Positions 34,919 to 44,425 of a DNA stretch of 64,000 nucleotides are shown here, in pieces. The stretch comes from a candidate division FCPU426 bacterium. Its GTDB lineage: Bacteria; Oederibacteriota; Muellerivitia; Muellerivitales; Muellerivitaceae. The translations under genes and the position numbers were made by a program. Every line of letters begins with the position of its first letter. Position 1 is the first letter of the stretch. The DNA lies in assembly GCA_963738405.1 (NCBI GenBank), contig CAVTWJ010000023.1:128001-192000 (forward strand), given 5' to 3'. The notes under the pieces are model-generated. The model was not told where the DNA came from and did no database searches. It saw nothing but the letters and a program-made list of their open reading frames with translations.

Positions 34919-34995
34919 TATACAGACTTTGCCTATCTTGGTCATTGGATTTTATGATAAAAAGGTGGGCCCCAAATCTGACCCTAGGCGGAACA

Positions 34996-35916
34996 ATGTT
35001 CACCTTTTTCTTCCATGTCGCATTCAACGTTGTGCTTCCCATTTTTCTGGTCATGGGCCTGGGCTACGGCCTGGCGAAAAAATTCACTCTCGATTTGAAC
35101 ACCCTTTCCAAACTGAACTTTTATGTCTTCATACCGGTTTATATGTTTTACAGCCTCCTTTGGTTCAAGCCCAACTCCCAGGACATGGTCGAGTCGGTCG
35201 GCTTCAATGTTCTTTTCGTGGGCCTTTCCTTCGCCGCCATGGCTTTGATCGCGAAGGTCCTGCGCTTCCAACCCTCCCTGGTTCCCATGTCGCTGCTCAC
35301 TTCCGTGATCTTCAACTCGGCCAATTACGGCATCCCCGTGGTCCAGCAGGCTTTTCAGGGCGAGGCTATTCCCATTCAAATCGTCACCATTACCGTCATG
35401 AATGTTTTGACCTATACGGCGGGAGTCTTGATCACGGGAGGTTGGGGAGAATGGCGGGAGGGGCTCAAGACCATCCTCAAATTACCCATCCTTTACGCCC
35501 TTTTCGGCGCATTGATCTTGCGGGCCCTGACACTTCCCCTGCCGGACGCCTTAATGTCTTCCCTCAAGTGGACCTCGGATGGAATGTTGGCCATCGCTTT
35601 GTTGACCCTGGGGGCCCAGTTGGCCCAAGGCGGGCTTTCGTTAAAACATCCCAAGGAACTATGGGTGACGGTGGCAGGACGCCTCATCTTGGGGCCGATT
35701 TTGGCTCTATTAATTTTAAAAGTTCTGGGAATCACCGGCCTGGCGGCCAAGGTGCTTTTCGTTTCCAGCGCCTTCCCCACCGCGGTGATCACCGTGATGT
35801 TCGGCATCGAATATAAAAAGTCCCCCCTATTCGCGGCCGATGTGGTGTTCCTCACCACCCTGCTATCCGCTGGCAGCGTAACCCTCGCCATCGGATTGGC
35901 CAATTACTTGTTTTGA
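34996..35916 (+). CDS. AEC family transporter
   Basis: VLPIF, NSANYGIP, PTAV and about 10 TMs. Confidence 0.9.
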   Translation: MFTFFFHVAFNVVLPIFLVMGLGYGLAKKFTLDLNTLSKLNFYVFIPVYMFYSLLWFKPNSQDMVESVGFNVLFVGLSFAAMALIAKVLRFQPSLVPMSLLTSVIFNSANYGIPVVQQAFQGEAIPIQIVTITVMNVLTYTAGVLITGGWGEWREGLKTILKLPILYALFGALILRALTLPLPDALMSSLKWTSDGMLAIALLTLGAQLAQGGLSLKHPKELWVTVAGRLILGPILALLILKVLGITGLAAKVLFVSSAFPTAVITVMFGIEYKKSPLFAADVVFLTTLLSAGSVTLAIGLANYLF

Positions 35917-35924
35917 GGAGTTCC

Positions 35925-36089
35925 ATGAAACGGCCTCCCAATCCTTTCAACAGCAAGCACCAAAAGCTCCTTAAAAACCCGGCCTATAAAAACATGATCA
36001 ATCCTTACGAAAGCAAATACCCCCAAACAAATGCCGCGCGAAAAAAACCAATCCCCGGGCTTTACGGACACAAGGAAAAATCCAAATGA
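35925..36089 (+). CDS. Small basic protein (54 aa)
   Basis: GAGGAG RBS; MKRPPNPFNSKHQKLLKNPAYKNMINPYESKYP...; the stop overlaps the GH2 start (ATGA). Confidence 0.55.
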   Translation: MKRPPNPFNSKHQKLLKNPAYKNMINPYESKYPQTNAARKKPIPGLYGHKEKSK

Positions 36090-37831
36090 TCTTTCCGCAA
36101 AAAAACACTTTCCGGCAGACTCAAGACCTTTCAGGACTTTGGGAATTCAAACTGGACCCCAAGGGAGAGGGAAAACAAAAGAAGTGGTACCTCGGCCTCA
36201 AAAAAACAAGAAAGATCACCGTTCCTTCCAGCTGGGACAACCAGTTCGAAGATACCCGAAATTATTTGGGTGACGCCTGGTACCAACTGCGGTTCAACCC
36301 CTCTCTCAAGGGCGCCCGGCAATTCATTCGATTCGGTTCCGTAAATTATCTGGGCGAGGTTTGGCTCAATGGCCGCCGCTTGGGAGCGCACGAGGGCGGA
36401 CATCTGCCTTTTGTATTTGAAATCACCCAACACCTGAAAAAAAGCGGGAACCTTGTGGCGGTTCGGGTGAACGGCTCCCTGGCCCCCGACCGGGTTCCCC
36501 CGGGAAAGGTTCCTTTCGATCCCCGGGACGCCTTCGCCAACAACTTCAACCCGCCCGCTTCTTTCGACTTTTTTCCCTTTTGCGGCATTCAGCGTCCCGT
36601 TCAACTCTTTAGCTTGCCGATGAAATCCATTCAAGATGTGACCGTTACCACCGACATTGAGGGAAAAACGGGAAGGGTCCGGGTTGCGGCAGAAACCCAA
36701 TCCTCAGCCGGGCTTTCTTACCGGATTTCGTTAAAAGGTTTTGGATGGGAGACCCGTTCGGGAGGACCCCTCAAATCCAACCATATCGAAACCCTTTTAT
36801 CCGTTCCGAACGCCAAACTTTGGGCGCCCGGCTCGCCCAACCTCTACCGCCTCCAGGTGGATTTGTTGAATGGGAACAAAACAGTCGATCGAATCGATCT
36901 TCCCGTCGGTGTTCGCACGATCAAAGTAAAGGGAAGCCAATTGCTCCTGAACGGAAAGCCGGTTTTTCTTAAAGGTTTTGGCCGCCATGAGGACAATCCT
37001 AAAACCGGACGTTATCTGCCCCCTGCTGTCATGAAAAAGGACTACCAAAATTTAAAGTGGATCGGCGCTAACTCCTTTAGAACCAGTCACTACCCCTATT
37101 CGGACGAAGACATGGATATGGCCGACCAGCTGGGTTTCCTCGTCATTGATGAAACTCCCGCCGTGGGGCTCTTTTTTCATGCAAAGGGATTTAAAAAGCG
37201 CCTTCAGCTTTGCCGTCAATTCACCCAAGAGCTTATCGATAGGGACAAGAACCACCCCAGCGTGATTCTGTGGAGCATCGCCAACGAGCCCCATTCCAAA
37301 AGACCTTCGGCCGTTCCCTTTTTCAAAAACCTCATTCAATTGGCCCGAAAACTGGATAAAACCCGCCCCCTCACCCTGGCCAGCTACCTGGGAACCGAGG
37401 AAGAATCCTTCCGATTTTTGGATGTGGTTTGTGTAAACCGTTATTTCGGATGGTATAGCGAACCGGGAGATCTGAATTCGGCTATTCCCAAATTGTCCAA
37501 AGACTTGGACTCTATTTATCGCAAGTTTAGGAAACCCGTGATCATGACCGAATTCGGGGCCGACGCCATACCCGGAAGCCATGCCGACCCGCCCGAGATG
37601 TTTTCAGAGGAATACCAGGCTGAAATGGTGGAGCGATATTGGAAAGTCTTGAAGAAGAAACCCTATGTGGGCGGCGCCCAGGTCTGGAACTTGAACGACT
37701 TCAGGACCGCCCAAGCCACCCACCGGCCCAACGGAATGAACTATAAGGGATTCTTTACCCGGGACCGCAAACCCAAACTGGCGGCCCATACCTTGAAGAG
37801 GCTTTGGAGAAGCCCTTCATCCGGTAAATGA
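36086..37831 (+). CDS. uidA: Beta-glucuronidase (GH2)
   Basis: KGFGRHED, NSFRTSHYPY, WSIANEP, NRYFGWY, TEFGAD and the NxKG motif (NYKG). Confidence 0.9.
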   Translation: MIFPQKNTFRQTQDLSGLWEFKLDPKGEGKQKKWYLGLKKTRKITVPSSWDNQFEDTRNYLGDAWYQLRFNPSLKGARQFIRFGSVNYLGEVWLNGRRLGAHEGGHLPFVFEITQHLKKSGNLVAVRVNGSLAPDRVPPGKVPFDPRDAFANNFNPPASFDFFPFCGIQRPVQLFSLPMKSIQDVTVTTDIEGKTGRVRVAAETQSSAGLSYRISLKGFGWETRSGGPLKSNHIETLLSVPNAKLWAPGSPNLYRLQVDLLNGNKTVDRIDLPVGVRTIKVKGSQLLLNGKPVFLKGFGRHEDNPKTGRYLPPAVMKKDYQNLKWIGANSFRTSHYPYSDEDMDMADQLGFLVIDETPAVGLFFHAKGFKKRLQLCRQFTQELIDRDKNHPSVILWSIANEPHSKRPSAVPFFKNLIQLARKLDKTRPLTLASYLGTEEESFRFLDVVCVNRYFGWYSEPGDLNSAIPKLSKDLDSIYRKFRKPVIMTEFGADAIPGSHADPPEMFSEEYQAEMVERYWKVLKKKPYVGGAQVWNLNDFRTAQATHRPNGMNYKGFFTRDRKPKLAAHTLKRLWRSPSSGK

Positions 37832-37877
37832 ATCAGAAATTTTAAAAATCTTGAACCGGGTCTACCCACCAGTCTTA

Positions 37878-39026
37878 TTAAAGGTATTTCATAACGGTCG
37901 CCTGCCAGTTGGCACTTCCATCAAAAAAGGCAACATAAGTTTTCCCATTACTAACAAAAAGCGACGGGAAATTAGCCCCACCCTGTGTAAGAGCTCCACC
38001 ACCAAGAGCGAACCAGGCGCTCCCATTGAATTGCATTACCACTAGTTGATTATTTGAATTGATGTAGGCCAGGCTGGGGATGCCGTTGTATACAAAGAAA
38101 GAGGAGTTTCCAAAACCAATCGAGGTGGAAGTGAAACCTGGGATTCCGACCGTAACCCATGAGGTTCCAGTCCATTTCATAACGGTGGCGTTGCCGCCAT
38201 GTGCGGGATCGCTGAAGGCGACGAAAGGAACCCCATTGGAAGTTGAAAGGTAAAGAGCCACATCCTGGGTTGTCGCGAAGCCGGGGGTTCCAAGGTTGCT
38301 CCAGGTGCCCCCATTGAAGCTCATGACCGTGATGTTTCCAGAGGCGTCGGTATAGGCCACGCAGGTCATGCCGTTGGCGGCGCTGATCGCCGGGAAATAG
38401 GGAGGCGGGGTGAAATCCGGATTTCCCACAACAGCGCAGGAGCCTCCCTGGCACATTGTGACGGTGCCAGCGAAGCTGCTCATGGCGTCCCCGCTAAATT
38501 CGAGGAGTGCCCCGTTAAAAAAAGTGTAGGGCGGCTCGGACCCCTCGTAAAAACCGCCCACGGGCGTCTGGGACAATCCCTGCCAACCGCTTCCAGAGGT
38601 ATAGTCCGCGAGAAATAGATCAACGCCGTTGGAGGAAAAATACTCAACATAGGGGATGCCGTTATTAACGAACATTTGCGGCACGATATCAGTGGGATAG
38701 CAAAAGCCGAAATCGGGGCTGCCCACGTTTCCCCAGCTGGTTCCATTGAATTTTTCCACGGTGATGGAAACCCCATTGTCGGCCAAAGCCAGGTAGGGGG
38801 TGGTGTTATCCACAAAGAGCGATAGAAAGGAATTCGCGGGGCCGGAAAGTGACGTAAGGCCCTTTTGACCCACGACCGACCAGTTCGCGGCGGAAGGCAA
38901 TGGATTAGTTGGAAAAATGCCCCGACAGCCCCAGATACCAAGAACCATCCCGCCGATGATGACCGCGTATATCCAAGATGATTTTTTCCACGGCATGCGG
39001 GTTCCCTTAGCGGAAAGTCGGTTCAT
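37878..39026 (-). CDS. Lipoprotein with repeated beta-strand (propeller-like) motifs
   Basis: IWGC lipobox-like; repeats of PYVA..D..ITV.KFNG.SW..VG.PGF; the start may be MPWKK (38996). Confidence 0.75.
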   Translation of the reverse strand: MNRLSAKGTRMPWKKSSWIYAVIIGGMVLGIWGCRGIFPTNPLPSAANWSVVGQKGLTSLSGPANSFLSLFVDNTTPYLALADNGVSITVEKFNGTSWGNVGSPDFGFCYPTDIVPQMFVNNGIPYVEYFSSNGVDLFLADYTSGSGWQGLSQTPVGGFYEGSEPPYTFFNGALLEFSGDAMSSFAGTVTMCQGGSCAVVGNPDFTPPPYFPAISAANGMTCVAYTDASGNITVMSFNGGTWSNLGTPGFATTQDVALYLSTSNGVPFVAFSDPAHGGNATVMKWTGTSWVTVGIPGFTSTSIGFGNSSFFVYNGIPSLAYINSNNQLVVMQFNGSAWFALGGGALTQGGANFPSLFVSNGKTYVAFFDGSANWQATVMKYL

Positions 39027-39135
39027 TCCAAACCCTTAATGATTCCAAAAAGAGTTTATCACAGGGTCTTTTGCCGCCAGGGAACCTTCATTTTAAAACC
39101 GGGTAATGGCCAAGCAGGACACGCCCAATCTATTC

Positions 39136-40467
39136 TCAACTCCCAGAAAGAGGGTCATTCACCCGGCCCATGAACAGCACAGTGTTCGAGGCGTTATCCA
39201 CGATCATGAAGATGAAAGGATGGTCCGCCACGAAGGGGATTGGGGGCGGCGGAATAAAAACCGCCTGGCAATTATTGCAACCTATTACGACCCCGGTCGC
39301 TGCGGCGGCGGTCGTTCCCTTTTCCGACACATCCACGTAGGCCTGGTGAACCACGTCCGTGATGTACAAATTATTCGTCCCGTCGATATTCCAGAAATTG
39401 GCGCCCATCATGGTCGTGGGACCAGGCGGGGTGAAGGCCAAGCTCATTCCCATGGAAGAAAGGGTATTGCTCAAATCATAGCTGGTCTTGAAGGTGAATT
39501 TCGGCAGGGCCAAATCCACCCGCGACACAGCTGTAGCGGAGGTCATGAGGGCCGAGTTAGCCGCAAGCCAGCTGTTGATGTTGTTCCCTGTCATGGCGCC
39601 CTCCAGGGCCGGCATGCCCCCTTCCGGTGGAAGGAATACGTACATGGAAGACTCACCATTCGTGTAGGGAATGGCCAGCACACTGGCTGCCCCGTTGAAA
39701 CTTCCCACGTTCGCGTTAAAAGTGATGTGCATCATGCTAACCGGCTCGGTGGTAGAGGTGGTGAGATTGAAAATCTGTTGGTTTGTATTGGTGACCGGGA
39801 ATTGGTATTGCCAGTCGCCCTTGAAATAAATAGCGTTGGTCAGCACCAGTTTTGTGTTGGAAGGGAGGGAAGAAAAAAGATCCGGAATAAACCCCGCCGT
39901 CTCCTGTGAAACCGCGCCGTTGATGGTCTGTAAGGCCGCCGTGGGGTTATTCACGAAATCCACATTGGTAACGCCCGCGTCATAATAGGTTTGAACGGTG
40001 TTGATATAAGCCTGTTGAAAGGGAAAACCCACCTGAAGCCACATGTTATCGGCCGTATCTAAGGTATAGGACTTGCCTGGAGCGTTGATTTCGTTGATCA
40101 GGGACTGGAAACCCGTCAACCTCGTCGTGGTGTTGGGGTTTAGGTTTAGGACATTCTGCATCTGGACCTGGGTGTTGCCGACCGCGCCTTCTTGGGCCAT
40201 GGCTAGACAGGTGATAATGCTGAAGGGTGAAAAAAAGATATTGCCGGATTGATTCTGATAAAAGTTATAAAGGCCGCAACCCAGCATATCGGTGGCTTGC
40301 GGAGGGGTATAAACCGCGGCGTTACTGGGAATGGGGGTGGAAACAGGACCGATGGGGCTGTTGGATAGCGGAGAAAGGGTGGTTTGAACCCGGCTGCATC
40401 CCGCGCCTCCCAAAAGGGTGAAAGTCGCCAAAACGAAACACATACCCAGCAAAAAATATTTTTTCAT
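39136..40467 (-). CDS. Serpin family protease inhibitor (lipoprotein)
   Basis: NIFFSPFSI, NAIYFKGDW, LPKF, EKGTTAAAAT hinge, FVADHPFIF, LFMGRV; GAGC lipobox. Confidence 0.95.
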   Translation of the reverse strand: MKKYFLLGMCFVLATFTLLGGAGCSRVQTTLSPLSNSPIGPVSTPIPSNAAVYTPPQATDMLGCGLYNFYQNQSGNIFFSPFSIITCLAMAQEGAVGNTQVQMQNVLNLNPNTTTRLTGFQSLINEINAPGKSYTLDTADNMWLQVGFPFQQAYINTVQTYYDAGVTNVDFVNNPTAALQTINGAVSQETAGFIPDLFSSLPSNTKLVLTNAIYFKGDWQYQFPVTNTNQQIFNLTTSTTEPVSMMHITFNANVGSFNGAASVLAIPYTNGESSMYVFLPPEGGMPALEGAMTGNNINSWLAANSALMTSATAVSRVDLALPKFTFKTSYDLSNTLSSMGMSLAFTPPGPTTMMGANFWNIDGTNNLYITDVVHQAYVDVSEKGTTAAAATGVVIGCNNCQAVFIPPPPIPFVADHPFIFMIVDNASNTVLFMGRVNDPLSGS

Positions 40468-40528
40468 GATGCTTTACTCCAAAAAACGATTTATCCCATT
40501 CATTCAGTCTCAGGAGGATTTCAATGTG

Positions 40529-40554
40529 TAGTGATCAAAAGGGTTCTTTATTCC
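40529..40554 (-). promoter_or_regulatory. Putative ECF promoter upstream of the serpin gene
   Basis: GGAATAAA-N13-CACTA on the minus strand. Confidence 0.6.
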
Positions 40555-40687
40555 ATGGCGGAAACAGAAAGGGGATAGTTACCCATTCAAAATCAGGCTT
40601 ATCGAGAAACCAACGTTTTCAGGCGATCCCCCCTTCAGAACAACCTTTTAGGTTTATGAAAATATTTCAACGAGGGGAATAGGTGTG

Positions 40688-40714
40688 TAGTGATTATCAA
40701 AACCGGTTTATTCC
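40688..40714 (-). promoter_or_regulatory. Second putative ECF promoter upstream of the serpin gene
   Basis: GGAATAAA-N14-CACTA on the minus strand. Confidence 0.5.
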
Positions 40715-40850
40715 CGTCCGAAATGGAATTTTTTATCAATGGGACTTTCCCGCCCTATTCGCATAGGCAGGCGGTAAAATGAACCGATTCGAGAATAGAA
40801 CTATAAATTATTAACCGATCATTTTTGTTTCCCAAAGGTCTTCGCCTCCC

Positions 40851-41228
40851 ATGAATCAACATTTTCCAATTAAACATTTTTCCCGCTTCCTAATCTTGAT
40901 CACCGCACTTTTTTTAGCCGTTTCCCCCGTCCCGGCCGTACAAACACCCCCCGATGGAGGTTGTTTCGTCTACCCCTCTCCGGCCTCCGGAAATCTGGCT
41001 TGGGTGGTTTACAACCTATCGGATAGCGGAACCGCCGCCATCTATATTTACAACGAGGCGGGAGACCTCATCACCCAGGAACAGGCTTCCAACTCCTCCG
41101 GCCTTCAACAGACACCCTTCGATCTCACCCATTACCAAAGCGGGGTTTATATATGCCGTGTGGTTCTTACCCTGGATTCAGGCGGCACCCAAGCGCTTAA
41201 ACTTTTCAAGTTTATCGTTATCAAATGA
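40851..41228 (+). CDS. Small secreted protein consisting of a T9SS type A sorting / FlgD-Ig-like domain
   Basis: Signal peptide, then YPSP...IYIYNEAGDLI...SGVYI...KFIVIK. Confidence 0.72.
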   Translation: MNQHFPIKHFSRFLILITALFLAVSPVPAVQTPPDGGCFVYPSPASGNLAWVVYNLSDSGTAAIYIYNEAGDLITQEQASNSSGLQQTPFDLTHYQSGVYICRVVLTLDSGGTQALKLFKFIVIK

Positions 41229-42562
41229 GGGACAGCGTCCGCAAACAATTTCGAATCTGTCTCTTTCTAGCAATAGCGGAAATCTTGTTGTGCCATTCCT
41301 CTTTTGGCCAAACGGTTTACACCACCGCCCTATCTACCAATCCCCTGGAAAATCTGGGCCATTCACCCCGAGCTTCGGCCATGGGAAACGCCTTCACGGC
41401 GATGGACGGCGACGCGGCCTGCCTTTTTTACAATCCCGCAGGATTGAACAACCTGTCGGAAACCCAATTATCCCTGGTTCACCAATCCTGGATTGCAGGG
41501 ATGTCGCAGGAAACCATGCTGGCGGGGGTTCCCACGGGATCCTTCGGGGCCTTTGCCGCAGGCGTCAATTACCTTAGCTACGGCATCCTGGATGGCTATG
41601 ACGCCACCGGTACCTCTACTTCCCCGCTGATCCCCTTTAGAGGCTCGCTCTCCTTGGGATGGGGCGGCCCAATGACCCGCAGTCTTTCGCTGGGGCTTGC
41701 CGCCCGCGGCCTTATTCAATCGCTCACGGCTTCCAACTCCAGTTTTTCCTCTTCCGTGCAAGCCGGCGCGCTTTGGACCTTTCCGCCCAATTTAAGACTT
41801 GGCGTGACTTACGATTTTTTGAATAACAATAACTCGTCCAAGTTCGGCGTCTTGACGCTCGGCATTTCCGGTTCCGTTCCCATCTTTTTTAAAATTCCTA
41901 CCCTATTGCTTGCCAACTATACCCTTCCCCTTTATTCCGTTTCCGAAATTCAATTTGGCGCGGAACAACACTTTCTCAATATCCTCTGCGCCCGTTTAGG
42001 CTACCAATGGGAAATTGACGATAACCAGATTACCGGCTTCAGGGGATTCACCGCCGGATTGGGATTCGAAATGGGGGATTTCTCTCTTGATTACAGTTAC
42101 GTTCCCGACGGTGATCTGGGCGACTCCCAGATGGTCGGCCTCAGCTATCGTTTCCCCGGAGAAAAACCGGCCCTCCATGCCACTTCCCTCACGCCCCTTC
42201 CCCCAGCCTCCACCCCGACTCCCTCATCCCAGCTCAACTTTAACCCACCGGCCCAAGTGTCCCCCGCAGACAAGGTGGTTAGGGTAGAAACCCGCTTCCA
42301 GATACCCGATACGGACAGCGCCCCCGCTTCGGAAGCCTACACCCCGGAACTCCGAAAAAATCTGGCGGCGGCGGGTATTAAGGTCGAGCAAAACCCAAAG
42401 GATTTTCAGGCCTGGATGGATCTGGGCAACCTCTATTGGCGTTTGGGCCAGGCGGATTACACCGTACAATGTTTCCAGGAAGCCCTTCATTTACAGCCTG
42501 AAAACGGGGCTTTAAAGGCCTGGTTGGACCATTATTTGAAGCTCCACCCCGGCAGGGAATAA
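41225..42562 (+). CDS. PorV/PorQ-like outer-membrane barrel with C-terminal TPR
   Basis: RASAMGNAFTA..D...FYNPAGL, RLGY, GFTAGLG, LDYSY; TPR at the C-terminus. Confidence 0.8.
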   Translation: MRDSVRKQFRICLFLAIAEILLCHSSFGQTVYTTALSTNPLENLGHSPRASAMGNAFTAMDGDAACLFYNPAGLNNLSETQLSLVHQSWIAGMSQETMLAGVPTGSFGAFAAGVNYLSYGILDGYDATGTSTSPLIPFRGSLSLGWGGPMTRSLSLGLAARGLIQSLTASNSSFSSSVQAGALWTFPPNLRLGVTYDFLNNNNSSKFGVLTLGISGSVPIFFKIPTLLLANYTLPLYSVSEIQFGAEQHFLNILCARLGYQWEIDDNQITGFRGFTAGLGFEMGDFSLDYSYVPDGDLGDSQMVGLSYRFPGEKPALHATSLTPLPPASTPTPSSQLNFNPPAQVSPADKVVRVETRFQIPDTDSAPASEAYTPELRKNLAAAGIKVEQNPKDFQAWMDLGNLYWRLGQADYTVQCFQEALHLQPENGALKAWLDHYLKLHPGRE

Positions 42563-42581
42563 ACCTTTTTCCTGAACACTA
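42556..42581 (+). promoter_or_regulatory. Putative autoregulatory ECF promoter
   Basis: GGAATAAA-N13-CACTA, 16 bp upstream of the sigma ATG. Confidence 0.6.
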
Positions 42582-42597
42582 TACCTGCGAGGAAGTA

Positions 42598-43170
42598 ATG
42601 CCCGACGAAAGGGAGCTGGTAAAAAAAATACTCGCGGGCAATGTGGAGGTGCAGACTTTTTTCTACCGGGAAAACGCCCGGCGCCTCTTCCACATCTGCA
42701 TCCACTTCCTGGGCCCGGAGGACGACGAGGCGGATGACATCGTCCAGCAAACCTTCCTCATCGCGCTGGAAAAACTGGGGACCTTCGAGTTCCGGTCGAG
42801 CCTCTACACCTGGCTTTCCAACATCTGCGCGAACCTTTGCTACGAAAGGCTGAGGCGTAAAAAAAAGGTCCTGGCTTCCCTGGAAGAAGAGTTGGAACAG
42901 CTGATGGTCCCGCCCCCCGGCACCACGCCGGATACGGAGATAGACGAGGATGAAAAAAAGGCCCGGCTGGCCCTTTTGGAGCGGTTGGTTCAATCCATGA
43001 GCGAAAGATGCCGACAGGTGCTGGAACTTCGGGATAAACGGGGAGAAAGTTACATCCATATTTCAAAGGCTTTGAAAATACCATTGGGAACGGTGATGTC
43101 CCAATTGGCCCGCTGCCGCAAGGCATTGGGAAATCTCTTCAAGAATGAATGGAACGGGAGCGGATTGTGA
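42598..43170 (+). CDS. ECF RNA polymerase sigma factor
   Basis: ADDIVQQTF, FEFRSSLYTWL and region 4 SY..IS..LKIPLGTVMSQLAR. Confidence 0.92.
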   Translation: MPDERELVKKILAGNVEVQTFFYRENARRLFHICIHFLGPEDDEADDIVQQTFLIALEKLGTFEFRSSLYTWLSNICANLCYERLRRKKKVLASLEEELEQLMVPPPGTTPDTEIDEDEKKARLALLERLVQSMSERCRQVLELRDKRGESYIHISKALKIPLGTVMSQLARCRKALGNLFKNEWNGSGL

Positions 43171-43958
43171 AGGAACTGGTGGAAGATTACTTTAAGCGGG
43201 ATTTGAACCCCGAGGAAGAAGAGCGGCTGGGCAAATGGTTGGCTTCTTCCTCTGAAGGTTCCCAACGCTTGATCGAGTTGGCGGAAAACCATTTCCGTCA
43301 ACTGGGCGTTCAGGAACCCGATTGGCAAGAAGGCCCCTTGCCTTCCTATTTCCCGAAATCCCGCAGCCGTTTTCTTTTGGTCGCCCTTTGCGCCCTTATT
43401 ACCTGCGTGCTGGCTCTGCTGGGTTATTCCGCCATCCGCCGGTTCGGTTTGAAACCCACACCCGCTTCGTCCGTCCTCGAAACCAAAACCAATGTCGCGC
43501 CCAATCAACCCCTTACCTCTTCCACCTCCCAAAAGCAGGCGGTCAGCAAAAAACAGGAAGTCCCGGAAGATTCGTCCCGCGCATCCACTTCCGCGCCGTC
43601 TCTATCAACTGAAAAGGCGTCTCTCCATACCTTGCCGAGTGGAACGGCCGCAAATAACCCTTCATCCGTCCCTCCCGCCCTGGCGCCGCCTTCAACGGCC
43701 CAAGGAAAGCTCTACGAAGAACTTTCCGTCGTGGTCGAGACCGCCCATCCAGGCCTCGCCACCGTTAGGGTCTTGAACGATCAGAACAAGGTAATCCGCC
43801 TTCTCTATGCGGGCATCTTAGCGCCCGGGCAACGAACCTTTACTTGGGATGGAAAAGACGACAATGGAATAGTAGCTTCTGCGGGGATTTATTACCTGGA
43901 GGTAAATTCAGGAGCTAAAGTCATGCGACAAGAAGTGCGTGTGGGGCAAACTCCCTGA
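43149..43958 (+). CDS. Putative anti-sigma factor with C-terminal FlgD Ig-like domain
   Basis: Overlaps the sigma gene; DYF..DL.PEEE..L..WL, one TM, S/P linker, FTWDGKDDNG...SAGIYY. Confidence 0.78.
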   Translation: MERERIVKELVEDYFKRDLNPEEEERLGKWLASSSEGSQRLIELAENHFRQLGVQEPDWQEGPLPSYFPKSRSRFLLVALCALITCVLALLGYSAIRRFGLKPTPASSVLETKTNVAPNQPLTSSTSQKQAVSKKQEVPEDSSRASTSAPSLSTEKASLHTLPSGTAANNPSSVPPALAPPSTAQGKLYEELSVVVETAHPGLATVRVLNDQNKVIRLLYAGILAPGQRTFTWDGKDDNGIVASAGIYYLEVNSGAKVMRQEVRVGQTP

Positions 43959-43979
43959 TTTAAAACTCATTGGGTGTCA

Positions 43980-44345
43980 TTACGAAATGGCTTCGTATTT
44001 GCGTTTGCCCGCCGAATAAGAAATAACCATCCGGGCGTCCGATTCGCCCAAATTTTTGAACCCGTGGGCTGAACCCGCCGGGGACAAAACCGAGTCCCCC
44101 GCGTTTAATATGATTCTTTCCTTCTCCAGCGAAACTTCCACCCTTCCCTCGGCGATGTAAATGAGCTCATGGCAATTGGAGTGGGCGTGCACGGGTGTTT
44201 TTTTCCCGCCCTTGATGGTCATCACCGCCACGCTGATTCCGACACCCGGCACGAGGCTGTCATCCACCAGCCATTCGGTACTGCCCCAATCTTCCTCGGT
44301 CAATTTGGGGCGCAAAGGGTGGATCGAATTGAAATGAAGACGCAT
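43980..44345 (-). CDS. Cupin domain protein
   Basis: HAH...ELIYI..G, P.G..HGFKN. Confidence 0.85.
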   Translation of the reverse strand: MRLHFNSIHPLRPKLTEEDWGSTEWLVDDSLVPGVGISVAVMTIKGGKKTPVHAHSNCHELIYIAEGRVEVSLEKERIILNAGDSVLSPAGSAHGFKNLGESDARMVISYSAGKRKYEAIS

Positions 44346-44425
44346 GGAAAACCTTTTAAATGAAATTGGGGTTTCTAATTTCTGTTAAACTCTACCCCGT
44401 TACAATCCCTATTCCAGAGACATCG

